Source: an uncultured Nitrososphaeraceae archaeon
Lineage (GTDB): Archaea; Thermoproteota; Nitrososphaeria; Nitrososphaerales; Nitrososphaeraceae
NCBI GenBank assembly: GCA_963779615.1
Contig: CAVZZA010000004.1
Span: 32,001-96,000, forward strand
Length of the DNA stretch: 64,000 nt
Direction: 5' to 3'
The position numbers were made by a program, and so were the translations under genes. Below, piece by piece: positions 9,863 to 19,922 of this stretch; the first letter of the stretch is position 1, and every line of letters begins with the position of its first letter. The notes under the pieces are model-generated. The model made no database searches, was not told where the DNA came from, and saw nothing but the letters and a program-made list of their open reading frames with translations.

Positions 9863-10954
9863 ATGTCTAAATTTATGAATGCAGCAATATTTTATGGGCC
9901 GAATAACATTCAAATTAAAGATATACACTTTAAAAAAAGAACCAGCGATGATTATCTTCTAAAAGTGTTGTCATGTTCTGTTTGCAGTTATGATGTAAGA
10001 ACGTTTAGAAATGGCCATTTTAAAGTTACACCCCCAATAATATTAGGCCATGAAATTTGTGCTGAAATAGTTGATGAGTACCAGGGAAAAAATGTAAGTA
10101 TTAGACCCAAAACCAGAGTATCCATATATCCCATTATACCTTGTTTTGAGTGTTGGTATTGCAATAATAAGAAATACAATATGTGCTTGAATCTGAAAGA
10201 AATAGGCTCTACTATCAATGGGGGTTTTGCAGAATATCTTTTAATTCCTAAACCGGTTTTTGAGATAGGGGGTATCGTGCCTGTATTGGATAATGTTACT
10301 AATGAAGAGGCTTCTTTAATCGAGCCTTTAGCCTGCTGTCTGAACAGCATCAATCAAATAAAAAACCTTGAATTTGACTCAGTAATAATTCTGGGGGATG
10401 GTCCAATTGGTCTAATGCAGTTAATGTTGATAAAGAGATTTTTTAAGGTAAATGTAACCTTAATTGGCAAAATACCACATAGAGTTGAATCAGCAAAAAA
10501 ATTGGGAGCGGATTTGGCAATAATTGTTGATGATGCTGACGGTTTCACTTTAGATGGCTATAAAAAAATAATAAGGAGCGTTAACAGTGAATTTTCACCA
10601 AATGTGATTTTTGTATCTAACAACAGTCCATTGTCTCTGAATTTAGCCGTAAATTTAGTCAACAAAAACGGGAAAATAGTCCTATTTTCCGGAATAAAAA
10701 ATAATGCTGGTGGAAATAACAACGCCATTAGCATAGATCCTAATTTTATCCATTATAATCAAGTATCTATTTTTGGTAGCTTTAGTTCCACACCTAATAA
10801 CATGATTGAAGCCATGAACCTTGTCAATTCAAAGGAGATAGATTTAAAGAGTTTGATAACCCAAACATTTCCCCTTGCTAGTGTAAAAGATGCCTTTCTC
10901 ACATCCGAGTCATACAAAGGGTTTAAATCAATAATCAATGAATTTGATTTATAA
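9863..10954 (+). CDS. Zn-dependent medium-chain (polyol/L-iditol-type) dehydrogenase
   Basis: CSYD, GHE, C-x2-C-x2-C-x7-C, EPLAC and GDGPIG motifs. Confidence 0.9.
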   Translation: MSKFMNAAIFYGPNNIQIKDIHFKKRTSDDYLLKVLSCSVCSYDVRTFRNGHFKVTPPIILGHEICAEIVDEYQGKNVSIRPKTRVSIYPIIPCFECWYCNNKKYNMCLNLKEIGSTINGGFAEYLLIPKPVFEIGGIVPVLDNVTNEEASLIEPLACCLNSINQIKNLEFDSVIILGDGPIGLMQLMLIKRFFKVNVTLIGKIPHRVESAKKLGADLAIIVDDADGFTLDGYKKIIRSVNSEFSPNVIFVSNNSPLSLNLAVNLVNKNGKIVLFSGIKNNAGGNNNAISIDPNFIHYNQVSIFGSFSSTPNNMIEAMNLVNSKEIDLKSLITQTFPLASVKDAFLTSESYKGFKSIINEFDL

Positions 10955-11446
10955 TTTAGATCCTAAACTGCTAAAAATACAAAAAATATCACGCATGGCA
11001 TTTGTTTTATAGCTTACTAGCGGGATTCACAAATCAGTGTTTTTTCATGCCTGATACCAATTCTAAACCCTTGTTTTACTTTCTTAACCTGTTTCTGAGC
11101 TTATCGCCCATTGTCATGCTTTTTTAATTTCGCAAATGATGGCAATCTGTGTGCTGTTTTGTTTTTGTTGATGCCGTAGCTCATTTTTGGCCTGCTTTTT
11201 GTTGTTTCTTTATCGCAAATGTTATTGAATCTATTGCTGTTGGGCCATTGGGTGATTTGAAAACGATTGGTTATTTGGGAAACCTGTATATGAAAGCAAA
11301 AGCAAAAGCAAAAAAAAGGAACATGATTTTGGTGGGCTAACGGTCGTAAAAAATCTTGGTCTACTTACGCAATTCTGCTTATCCTAGAGATCCTTTAGAC
11401 TATTTTTAAAAATAAAGTTATATTCTCTACACAAAATAACAAGCAA

Positions 11447-11821
11447 GTGGAAAGAATCAAGAAGAAAAAAACCCCTCTTGGTATTATCATTATCACAGTG
11501 CTGACAGTTATCAGTGGATTAATCTTATTTGCAATGTCATTTGCTTCTTTAATTATATTAGCTCCCTTAGATCCATTACGGCTAATGGGTTCAATGTTCT
11601 TGCTCGTCCTTGGTACTGCATCAATTGTTGTCTCCTTTGGACTGTATAAGGGAAAGGGTTGGTCATGGACCTTGCTTTTAATATTGTCGGGATTTGGAGC
11701 AGCAGGTTACCTTCTTAATATAGTAAATGGACAGACTTTTTCAGTTGTGGGACTTGTTATTAATGCAATAATTATATATTATCTATACAAACCTCAAATA
11801 AGGAAGTTTTTCGGGAAATAG
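11447..11821 (+). CDS. 4-TM membrane protein, unknown function
   Basis: PLGIIII...GLYKGKGWSW...IIIYYLYKPQIRKFF; four hydrophobic helices. Confidence 0.8.
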   Translation: MERIKKKKTPLGIIIITVLTVISGLILFAMSFASLIILAPLDPLRLMGSMFLLVLGTASIVVSFGLYKGKGWSWTLLLILSGFGAAGYLLNIVNGQTFSVVGLVINAIIIYYLYKPQIRKFFGK

Positions 11822-12440
11822 TATTCCATTGTGTCAAATGGTTTTAATAAAGTTATTTTAAGGCAATTTTGTTGATGCTCAATGCTTCGCCTAATCAGCA
11901 TAAGGATAACTCTGTGATTTCAACCACTATTGAGGGCCTAATGATGATATGCCTGTTGTACTGCTATACTGCATAAAAATAACCTTTTTTACCAAACTGG
12001 ACTAGATAAACCAACCTTGCTCTATTTAATAGATCTCTTAACTTTGCCAACATAAAATCTATAGAATCTGGTGAATGCAAACAATCCCATGGAGTTTGAC
12101 CTATAAAAAACCAAAATTGTGATCCACTGAGGCAAACAGCCGATTAACCAATCCCATAAATGGGAAGTTGTCTGCTTGTTCAGAATTGGTAAAGGAAATG
12201 GTGATAACCAGTGTTTTTTTTATCGTCCTTGAGCATTATGATGAGGCCGACAGTGTTTGCCATAACAAATCAGACAGGATAAACCAAAGGCACTGTGCTA
12301 TTTAACACAGCAATGTTGGTTGGCTTGCGTGAAAGCCGAGCGTATTATCACAGAACTGTTGGCAGGCAGACGAGTCAGCGAAATTAGTATTAACCACTTA
12401 AAAAATATAATCTTAAATAATCATTGGAATAAAGCCTTGT

Positions 12441-13199
12441 ATGGAACAGAATAAAAAAGCATTATGTTCTTTTTCTTTTGCCTTGTTTTTATTTGCAATT
12501 TTTGTTGTTTCTGTACAACCTGTTCAAGGCCAGAACATCATGCTTCCGGACGAAAAGCCTTCTTTATCTGTTGTAGGGGAAGCTGAAAAGGAAATCCCTG
12601 CAGACGAGGCAAAAATATCAATTGCAATTGAAAATGCCGCTAGTGATGCAAATACCGCGCGCAAAACTAATGCAGAAAAAATGGATAAAATAATTTCGGG
12701 CTTAAAGACAAGTGGGCTTACAAACGAAAACATGTCAACCACAAACTTTGAAATAAAGCCAAACTATGATATTGCAAACGATAACTACAACAAAATTATC
12801 TCCTATACAGCGACAAACAAAATGCTGTTAACAACTTCTGCCCATGCAAACATTTCCTTTTATGTAGACCTTGCAGTAAAAAATGGAGCTAACCGTGTAG
12901 AGCAAATCGAATTCACATCGTCTAAAAAAGTTTTAAATGAAAATATTAATGAATTGTTAAAAGAAGCATTCATCAACGGAAAGCAGAAAGCAGAAGCATT
13001 GTCGACCACGGCTGGATTTATAGTAAATGGAGTCAAAAGGATTGAAATTGCCCCGGATAACGGGCTTGTACCTCCAACATTCAAAATTGAACAAAATAGT
13101 TTAGATGCGCAAAAACCTTCAACTCCGATAATACCCCAAAATAACAAAATGACCATCACTTTACCCATAACATTCTTTATTGAAAACCAGGTTAGTTGA
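12441..13199 (+). CDS. SIMPL (DUF541) domain secreted protein
   Basis: Signal peptide; LSVVGEAE..PADEA, IKPNYD, GANRV, AFINGKQKAEAL. Confidence 0.85.
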   Translation: MEQNKKALCSFSFALFLFAIFVVSVQPVQGQNIMLPDEKPSLSVVGEAEKEIPADEAKISIAIENAASDANTARKTNAEKMDKIISGLKTSGLTNENMSTTNFEIKPNYDIANDNYNKIISYTATNKMLLTTSAHANISFYVDLAVKNGANRVEQIEFTSSKKVLNENINELLKEAFINGKQKAEALSTTAGFIVNGVKRIEIAPDNGLVPPTFKIEQNSLDAQKPSTPIIPQNNKMTITLPITFFIENQVS

Positions 13200-13454
13200 C
13201 ATGTGTTGGATTGACGCAAGGAAAAATACCAAAATTAAACCAGTTTTATAAGAAAGCAATCCTAGGATGCTAACAAAGACTTTAATTATGCACATACGGA
13301 AAAAGATTAAACCCGCAATCAGGCAGGGAAGAATTCTACAATCGTTTCACCTATATCTGTACAAATCGTTTTGGGCGGGAAGCACAAACAGGTGAACCTA
13401 ATTGTTGTGTCTATGAAACAGATACTTAATAAAATAACGATTAATCATGGGCAT

Positions 13455-14864
13455 TTATTTTTCAGCTACCTTTTCTATTATTTCAATAAAGCATTTTGTA
13501 GCTTTGTTTAATAAATCTATATTTGCAAATTCGTTAGGCGAATGTATCTTATTGGGTAAAACTGTACTTCCTATGCAGATCGAATCTACAGATAGGAGCT
13601 TCTTAAAGCTGTACATTGGACCCGTTCCAGGGGATGAAATATTTAAAACTACATCACTGTAAATTTTCTTTGCTGCCTCTATGACTAAATCAACATATTC
13701 GCTATCAAGTGCGGTTCTACATGCAGGCTCGCCACTTAAATATGATATTTGCAGTTCATCTTCAGAATAACCCTTTGCCCTGAGATGCGATACCAATTTT
13801 TTGAATTGAGTTTTTGGGTTCATATACGAGACCAACCTAAAATCTATCTTTGCGGATGCGTTTGAAGGAATGATTGTCTTTATGCCACTGTTTATGTATC
13901 CGGAGTATAGGCCTGATATATTACAGGTGGGATCCAGTGCCAGGGACTTTTTTATCGCAAAACCTGAAGCCTCATTGACAAATTTACTCACTCCGTATTC
14001 TTTTTTGAATTCCTCTTCATCAAAGAATTCCTTTGTTAATTGATAGAGTTCTTTGTCTGATAATTGTTTAATTTCGTCATACCATCCGTCAATCAGAATT
14101 TTGCCATGTTCATCATATATTGATGATAGTGCATGAATCAGCTTCCAAGCAGGGTTTTCGATGACCACGGCAAGGCTAGAATGCACATCCCTAGAGGGTC
14201 CTTTGACCTTTAATTCAACATTCAGGATACCTTTTTGACCAAGGGATATAATGGACCTTCCTTTATTGTCAATATATCCACTTTCCCAGATTATCAAATC
14301 ACATTTAAATCTGTCACCATATTTTAACAAATATTTGTTTAGATTGGGACTACCAATTTCTTCCTCACCCTCTATTAAAAATTTGACGTTGCAGGGAACG
14401 TCCCCAGTTTGCTTTAGAATGAATTCTACAGCTTTTAGCCTTGTTATTAATTCACCTTTATCGTCAGACGATCCTCTGCCATAAATCATATTGCCATCAA
14501 TTTTGCCACTAAATGGATTCTCGCTCCATTTTTCAACTGGATCAATAGGTTGGACATCATAGTGGTTGTAGAATAGAATTGTTTTGCCATAGGGATTCGA
14601 TTTTGACTTTACCTCTCCAAAAACCAGTGGGGGGATGTTTAAAACGCCCTCAGTGTTATTGCCATAATCAAACTGATCCAAATACAATCTTTCTGTATCG
14701 ATTCCTGCCTTGTTCATCATGTTTGATAAAAGCTCTGCACATTCTTCTAGCCCATAGTTTATTGCAGAAATGCTGGCTTGTCTGATTAGATCCTGCAGAT
14801 CTGAAATGAGGTCACCCATATTTTCGTCAACTAAAGACGGGGAGACCAGAACTTTTTCAGCCAT
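13455..14864 (-). CDS. M20 metallopeptidase, dipeptidase-like
   Basis: YNHYDVQP, GRGSSDDKG, EGEEEIGS, HSPNE. Confidence 0.92.
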   Translation of the reverse strand: MAEKVLVSPSLVDENMGDLISDLQDLIRQASISAINYGLEECAELLSNMMNKAGIDTERLYLDQFDYGNNTEGVLNIPPLVFGEVKSKSNPYGKTILFYNHYDVQPIDPVEKWSENPFSGKIDGNMIYGRGSSDDKGELITRLKAVEFILKQTGDVPCNVKFLIEGEEEIGSPNLNKYLLKYGDRFKCDLIIWESGYIDNKGRSIISLGQKGILNVELKVKGPSRDVHSSLAVVIENPAWKLIHALSSIYDEHGKILIDGWYDEIKQLSDKELYQLTKEFFDEEEFKKEYGVSKFVNEASGFAIKKSLALDPTCNISGLYSGYINSGIKTIIPSNASAKIDFRLVSYMNPKTQFKKLVSHLRAKGYSEDELQISYLSGEPACRTALDSEYVDLVIEAAKKIYSDVVLNISSPGTGPMYSFKKLLSVDSICIGSTVLPNKIHSPNEFANIDLLNKATKCFIEIIEKVAEK

Positions 14865-15041
14865 AATTTTCCATTGCCCCTGAATTCTTATCCAACATAA
14901 AAAAATTTAATCCCACATTTAATACTATACTACTGTTTTCTCTCAACTTATCTATTAAGATTTTTTTAAAAAAGTCACATATTTTTCTTTAGTAAACAAA
15001 TAAGGTAAAAATCATTTGTAATATACAAAGTGCAAATTCTA

Positions 15042-16286
15042 CTATAATAATGGGGAATTGTCCTTTGTTTTGTTCCAAACGTGTTGAATAATCTCTGAAA
15101 CAGTTTGGTTGACGTTGCCGTTGTATTTTGATTCCCATAATCTAGAAACATATAACCCAGGTGATGTTTTGTTATTCAACCTTGATTCCAAGATACCTAT
15201 AAACTCAGATCCAAGTCCTAGATCATATAACCCCTTTTTTGCAACATGTAATTGAGATCTGATTGTTTCTGAGATATCGAAATGTGTTTTTGCATTGTAT
15301 CCTGAATGAATTACGGCCATCCGCTCTTCGCGAATGGACGAAAGTGGTCTTAACGCCTTGCCTTCAAGGATTGATCTGTAAAGAAATCCAATAAAGAATT
15401 CTATCATTGCCACCATTTCCTTGGGTGTTGGCTGAACAGCCATTATTCTTGTTTCAACTCTGTAAAATTCAGAATTTAGTCTGATTCTCAGATCGTCATG
15501 TCTGTCTTTTTCCAACTGCAAGTAGTCATTTGATGTTGTTCCTGATCTTGACATAATGTAATCAATATAGTCTTCTAATTTGTCTAAATAACGTGGTATT
15601 GCGGGAAACCCCGAATTTTGTTGTTCAGAATGGTCATATAAATAAATCCTTGGTGCATATAATGAATATAGCTTTCCTGCAAATAATCTGCTGTTGGAGC
15701 CCAATAGAAGGGCTGAAGGAATTAAATTGAGCAAATAATTAAACATATTTGAAGTATAGACCGGGTTTTTTCCTTGAAGGTGCAGATGAAATCCCTGTAT
15801 GGCTGTTGCTATGTCACGGGCTTTGAAGACTTGCCCTTCAAGCTCTATGTCTGGTGTTTTGATTTGCGAATTATAGAGATTTTGATAACGCTCCTTTCTT
15901 GTGACAAATTTTCTTTTGAATATCTCTGGTGATGGGTTGCCCCCTAAAAAAACAGGGATAACATGCCTATTTTTGTAAACCTTGTTTATGGATGAGGAGA
16001 GAAAATCTAAAAATTCTTCAAAGAATGAATTTATAGTTGAAAGATTGTGCATCGATATAGGGTCTGTTATTACTTCAAACTGACATTTCCCATATTCTGA
16101 ATCAACCTTATATTTAGAACATAACTCTTTGATTAAAGGATGAGCATTTACAGGCAAAGCTTTATCGTCTAATAAACAGGCTTCAACCTCCACCCCTACC
16201 CTATAAACTTCATCAATTCGATGATGATCATCCTGAACTCTTTTTTTTAGTCCAATCGATTGGCTAGTTAGCATGTTATCCATCAT
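15042..16286 (-). CDS. Glutamate-cysteine ligase family 2 (GCS2/YbdK-like) carboxylate-amine ligase
   Basis: VGVEVE, QFEVITDP, GFHLHL, DLRIR, RVETRI. Confidence 0.8.
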   Translation of the reverse strand: MMDNMLTSQSIGLKKRVQDDHHRIDEVYRVGVEVEACLLDDKALPVNAHPLIKELCSKYKVDSEYGKCQFEVITDPISMHNLSTINSFFEEFLDFLSSSINKVYKNRHVIPVFLGGNPSPEIFKRKFVTRKERYQNLYNSQIKTPDIELEGQVFKARDIATAIQGFHLHLQGKNPVYTSNMFNYLLNLIPSALLLGSNSRLFAGKLYSLYAPRIYLYDHSEQQNSGFPAIPRYLDKLEDYIDYIMSRSGTTSNDYLQLEKDRHDDLRIRLNSEFYRVETRIMAVQPTPKEMVAMIEFFIGFLYRSILEGKALRPLSSIREERMAVIHSGYNAKTHFDISETIRSQLHVAKKGLYDLGLGSEFIGILESRLNNKTSPGLYVSRLWESKYNGNVNQTVSEIIQHVWNKTKDNSPLL

Positions 16287-16449
16287 CGATAATTCCTACA
16301 GTAGATTCATACTATAAATTTGTTTATAAAGATATATTTATCAAAAAACCTGCTAAGATGTTTAGTTAAAACAATCTGAAGATATCTTCTATATAGTTCT
16401 ATATGCTATAACATACCTTTCAATAATAACATTGATTGTCATCGGGCAG

Positions 16450-16947
16450 TCAATAATCATCGTTTATAAACAGCCTTTTTGTTTTCCTGTAGTCTATTGT
16501 TACCTGTTTATGGCATCTATAACATAATGTTCTCAGGTTGTCTTTATTGTGGAAAAACTCAATTATTGTTTTTATCTTATTTTCAAGTGTGTCAAAGCGA
16601 TAACCAAAGTTGTAATAGTTTGACTTGGGGATTAGGTGATCACACTCCAGCCAGTTTTGTATCTTCTTATTGTAACGTTTTCTTTTATGTAATCTTATCC
16701 CACAAATTTGGCAGGTGTAATTATCTCGCTTTAATACGCTGTTTCTAATCCTGCTCCAATAAAAATTTGAATTATACCATTTGGAAAATTCTTTACTGCA
16801 TTTTTTTGAACAGTATTTCCTGAAAGGTTTAGTTACTTTTAAATTACAATTATTGTTCCTACAAATAGATTCTTTTTTCTCATTGTATTTATCAAATTCA
16901 CTTATATACACTATAAACTTTTCAGTCTTGTCTTTTGGAGTAGTCAT
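16450..16947 (-). CDS. HNH endonuclease with N-terminal Zn finger
   Basis: C-x4-C...YCSKKC; WSRIRNSVLKRDNYTCQICG, ECDHLIP, DNLRTLCYRCH. Confidence 0.9.
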   Translation of the reverse strand: MTTPKDKTEKFIVYISEFDKYNEKKESICRNNNCNLKVTKPFRKYCSKKCSKEFSKWYNSNFYWSRIRNSVLKRDNYTCQICGIRLHKRKRYNKKIQNWLECDHLIPKSNYYNFGYRFDTLENKIKTIIEFFHNKDNLRTLCYRCHKQVTIDYRKTKRLFINDDY

Positions 16948-17174
16948 AACCTATCCAAAATATTCAAAAACAACTAAATAAAAAATTATTTTTTTGCCTC
17001 AACCCTGTGTATCATCTTGACGAATCCTCACTATAAAAACTTAATTACTTGTGTGCCTACTATGCAAACCCAAACGGTAATTAAGGAGTCACCCATTTTC
17101 CTGATGATTAAGCGAAGTCATTTTTTATCAAAATAGTTTGGGATAATTTAGTTTATGTCAAGCGGTTCCATTGG

Positions 17175-17261
17175 AAAATCGAATAACTCGGGAACTTGAT
17201 AGGTTTGCTGTTTTTCAATTTAAATAATTGAATTCTTTGCTTGGCATATTTTAAGTGTTTA
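17175..17261 (-). repeat. Left arm of a perfect 87-bp inverted repeat (copy of heme A synthase promoter and 5' end)
   Basis: Exact reverse complement of 17649-17735, checked base by base. Confidence 0.97.
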
Positions 17262-17648
17262 CTATTCATGCTCTGCCGAAAGAAATAAGGTTATTTTTTT
17301 AATAGTATTTGTTGTGTATGATCTTTTCATTAAAAACCGCTGAAATTCTTTGGTCATAAATGCTTAAGGTGTTTACACTATGTTGTATAGGCTATGCTGC
17401 TGCTTTTCAGTTACTGATTGTTAATGTTGGTAGAAGGTGCATCCTATTCGTTGCTATACTATTAATTCCATTAAGGTCCAAAAAAGGGGTTTAGGTGTTT
17501 TGTTTCTGTATGCTTTATTGTCCCTGTATTTAGTAAATGTAAAAACTAGGAGCCTTTGTGGTCATGACACAAATTGCTATTTCCCATGCTAGTTTACATT
17601 GATGTTAATTATCTACTTGGACTTTAAGGATCATAAGCAGCAAAATAA

Positions 17649-17735
17649 TAAACACTTAAAATATGCCAAGCAAAGAATTCAATTATTTAAATTGAAAAAC
17701 AGCAAACCTATCAAGTTCCCGAGTTATTCGATTTT
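17649..17735 (+). repeat. Right arm of the 87-bp inverted repeat, containing a TATA-like box, a TTCAATT-N5-AATTGAA palindrome and the probable TTG start
   Basis: taaacacttaaaatatg...gagttattcgatttt; palindrome at 17678-17696. Confidence 0.97.
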
Positions 17736-18165
17736 TGTCGTGTTATTTATTCTGTTAGGGTTAATTTTTTCGGTGATGTTGATAGGGGTTTTTATCACAT
17801 CTAGCCATCAGGGATTATCCTGTTTAACATGGCCTTTGTGTCCAAACGGGTTTGACTTTCCACCACCAAAGTATTTTTATGAGCATCTCCATAGATCCTT
17901 GATTTTAGTATTAGCCATAATCCTGTTTTCTTTCACCTTTTTTTCTCTAAAGAAAATCCGGAACAAAAAATTTCTAGCTAAACTAGCAATAGCATCAATA
18001 ATCTTAACTACCCAAATCGCACTGGGATGGCTTGTAATAAATTCAAAGTTACATCCCATTGTTGTCGCAACTCATCTCTCTACCGCCGTGGCATTATTTG
18101 GGATTGTTCTTATTGCCTTACTATCTGTGTATAACGAACTAAGGGGTGAAAAGGTAAAAATTTAA
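17692..18165 (+). CDS. ctaA: Short COX15/CtaA-family heme A synthase
   Basis: GLSCLTWPLCPNG...EHLHR, QIALG, HLSTA; TTG at 17692 is in frame and ~30 bp after a TATA-like box (ORF track starts at 17599). Confidence 0.82.
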   Translation: MKNSKPIKFPSYSIFVVLFILLGLIFSVMLIGVFITSSHQGLSCLTWPLCPNGFDFPPPKYFYEHLHRSLILVLAIILFSFTFFSLKKIRNKKFLAKLAIASIILTTQIALGWLVINSKLHPIVVATHLSTAVALFGIVLIALLSVYNELRGEKVKI

Positions 18166-18167
18166 AA

Positions 18168-19202
18168 TCAAATCTTTGTTAGTTTGAACATATTCGACAT
18201 GTTAATTTCCATGCCATATCTGTTTTCTTGCCTTTTCATATGGATATAGATTTTTAATAGATCTACAAAGTTTTTGAATATGCTAAAATTATTGGATATT
18301 TTCATCTTTATAAAATTGTACACAATTGTGTAAATTTTGAATTTTTTTAGGACTTCGTTGTAATACTCGGGTAAATTGTCCATATTTTTGACAAAAATAT
18401 CCGCACAAATTGTGGATGGTATTATACCCTCTCCCAGGAGAGGATAAACCGTTCCAATGGATTCACCAACACCAACAGTCTTTTTTCCGTCAGTAAATGG
18501 TATGCACTTTGAGGGGGGAGTTATTCTAACGGGTCTTCCCACCTTTTTAATTACATTACACTTGTATCTTTTTAAAAATGACTCAAGAAACTCATTTGTG
18601 TGTTTTCGCCTAAAATCCCCTGAACCGATATGGGCATAACCGTTACCTAGGGGGAAATACCAAAAATAACCAGATAGTGAGGGAAATGCTTTAAGATAAA
18701 AATCATCAAAAGGAACGCTATCGTCATATTTTACTTTATATTGTATGCATGGAATCCATAATTCATCCTTTAGTTTTGGTAGGTAATGTCTATGGAACCC
18801 AGTAGAATCAATAATCAAATCAAAATCATTTTCTAGGATGTTTTTTTCCGGAACCTTGTTAAATACAACATCAGTCCCTTTAATCATATCTTGAATAAGC
18901 CTCAATTTATCATAACTTACCATACCTTTTAAATTAATCTGAATGTTGCTATCGCTATCAATACCCTTTCCAATATCAACAGTCATTTTTTTCCCATCAT
19001 GTAAAACGTAATTTTCAAAATTAAGGCCACACCTGTTTGCATAATCTTTCATTTTATTGTCAACTGTTGCCCAGGCGCATACCGCATCATGGTTTTTTTC
19101 TTCCATACGCTCAAATCCCATTACATGAACATCATGAAGATTACTGAGCTGATTCATCAAGTATGCTCCTGCTACGCCTATTCCTACAACGGCAATCTTC
19201 AT
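18168..19202 (-). CDS. FAD-dependent oxidoreductase, geranylgeranyl-reductase family
   Basis: MKIAVVGIGVAG, GYFWYFP, VGESIGTVYPLLGEGI. Confidence 0.85.
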   Translation of the reverse strand: MKIAVVGIGVAGAYLMNQLSNLHDVHVMGFERMEEKNHDAVCAWATVDNKMKDYANRCGLNFENYVLHDGKKMTVDIGKGIDSDSNIQINLKGMVSYDKLRLIQDMIKGTDVVFNKVPEKNILENDFDLIIDSTGFHRHYLPKLKDELWIPCIQYKVKYDDSVPFDDFYLKAFPSLSGYFWYFPLGNGYAHIGSGDFRRKHTNEFLESFLKRYKCNVIKKVGRPVRITPPSKCIPFTDGKKTVGVGESIGTVYPLLGEGIIPSTICADIFVKNMDNLPEYYNEVLKKFKIYTIVYNFIKMKISNNFSIFKNFVDLLKIYIHMKRQENRYGMEINMSNMFKLTKI

Positions 19203-19253
19203 AATTATAATCATCTACAACAGTAGGACAAATAAATGATTTCATTGATAATT

Positions 19254-19922
19254 TGCACTGTTAACTTAGGATATTATTTCTTTGTTGTGATGATCAATGA
19301 ACAGATCAAACCTTTTCTTTATGTGCTTTAATTTACACCCGAGTTTCTTACACGAAAAGTAATCGTCAAAACTTTCGTTTCTCTCCTTCACATACTGCAT
19401 CGCCTTTCAAAGAGGATTTTTTCGTATGGGGGATGAATGTGATGCTCCAATTTCAGGAATTTACAGGCTTGCGGATACCAACTACCACCATCTGTTGAAA
19501 AAGGTTTATGGCCATGTTTTTCCACGAAATTCGAACTGGACCGCTCTGCAGCAATCATATTCCGTTCCTTTGATATACTTGTTGCAATCATCTCTTTATC
19601 TTTGGCTCGACAGCAATCCGCAACCAGATGTACTCAGAGCCAGCCCCGATGGCAGTTTCATAAATTATATATTCTGAAATGTTCTTTTTCTTCCTTGACG
19701 CTGTCTTTGGCCTGCATTTTTGTATACATTTCCAGACGGAAGCAATGGCTTATGCTCACCATATGCAAAAAAGACTATGCTTTTGCAGTGTTTCTAGATG
19801 ATAAGCCTAAAAGTACAAGTATAAACCATAACCAATAAACTGTGATGGTGTTCTTTTTTTGGAGTTCAGAAAGGGAATAGGGCATCTTCGAGCCATGGGT
19901 TTTTCCTTGAGTTAACAGGGCC
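19254..19922 (-). mobile_element. Degenerate IS6-family insertion sequence (transposase pseudogene)
   Basis: Broken frames give LGLSSRNTAKA, SVWKCIQK, YIWLRIAVEP, ISKERNMIAAE, STDGGSWYPQAC and ESFDDYF. Imperfect TIRs tgcactgttaactt / gagttaacagggcc; flanks gataattt / cataattt resemble an 8-bp target duplication. Confidence 0.88.

Noticed and set aside
12238-12250. ATGATGA as a C box or hammerhead core (also at 41981)
   Set aside because: No properly spaced CTGA D/D' boxes and no hammerhead stems.
13305-13400. Cobalamin-riboswitch-like words (cccgcaa, agggaa) and a possible pseudoknot
   Set aside because: Motif order is wrong, the site lies between convergent genes, and the stems are short enough to be chance.
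17599-17691. N-terminal extension of heme A synthase in the ORF track
   Set aside because: It overlaps the TATA-like box; TTG at 17692 is the more plausible start.
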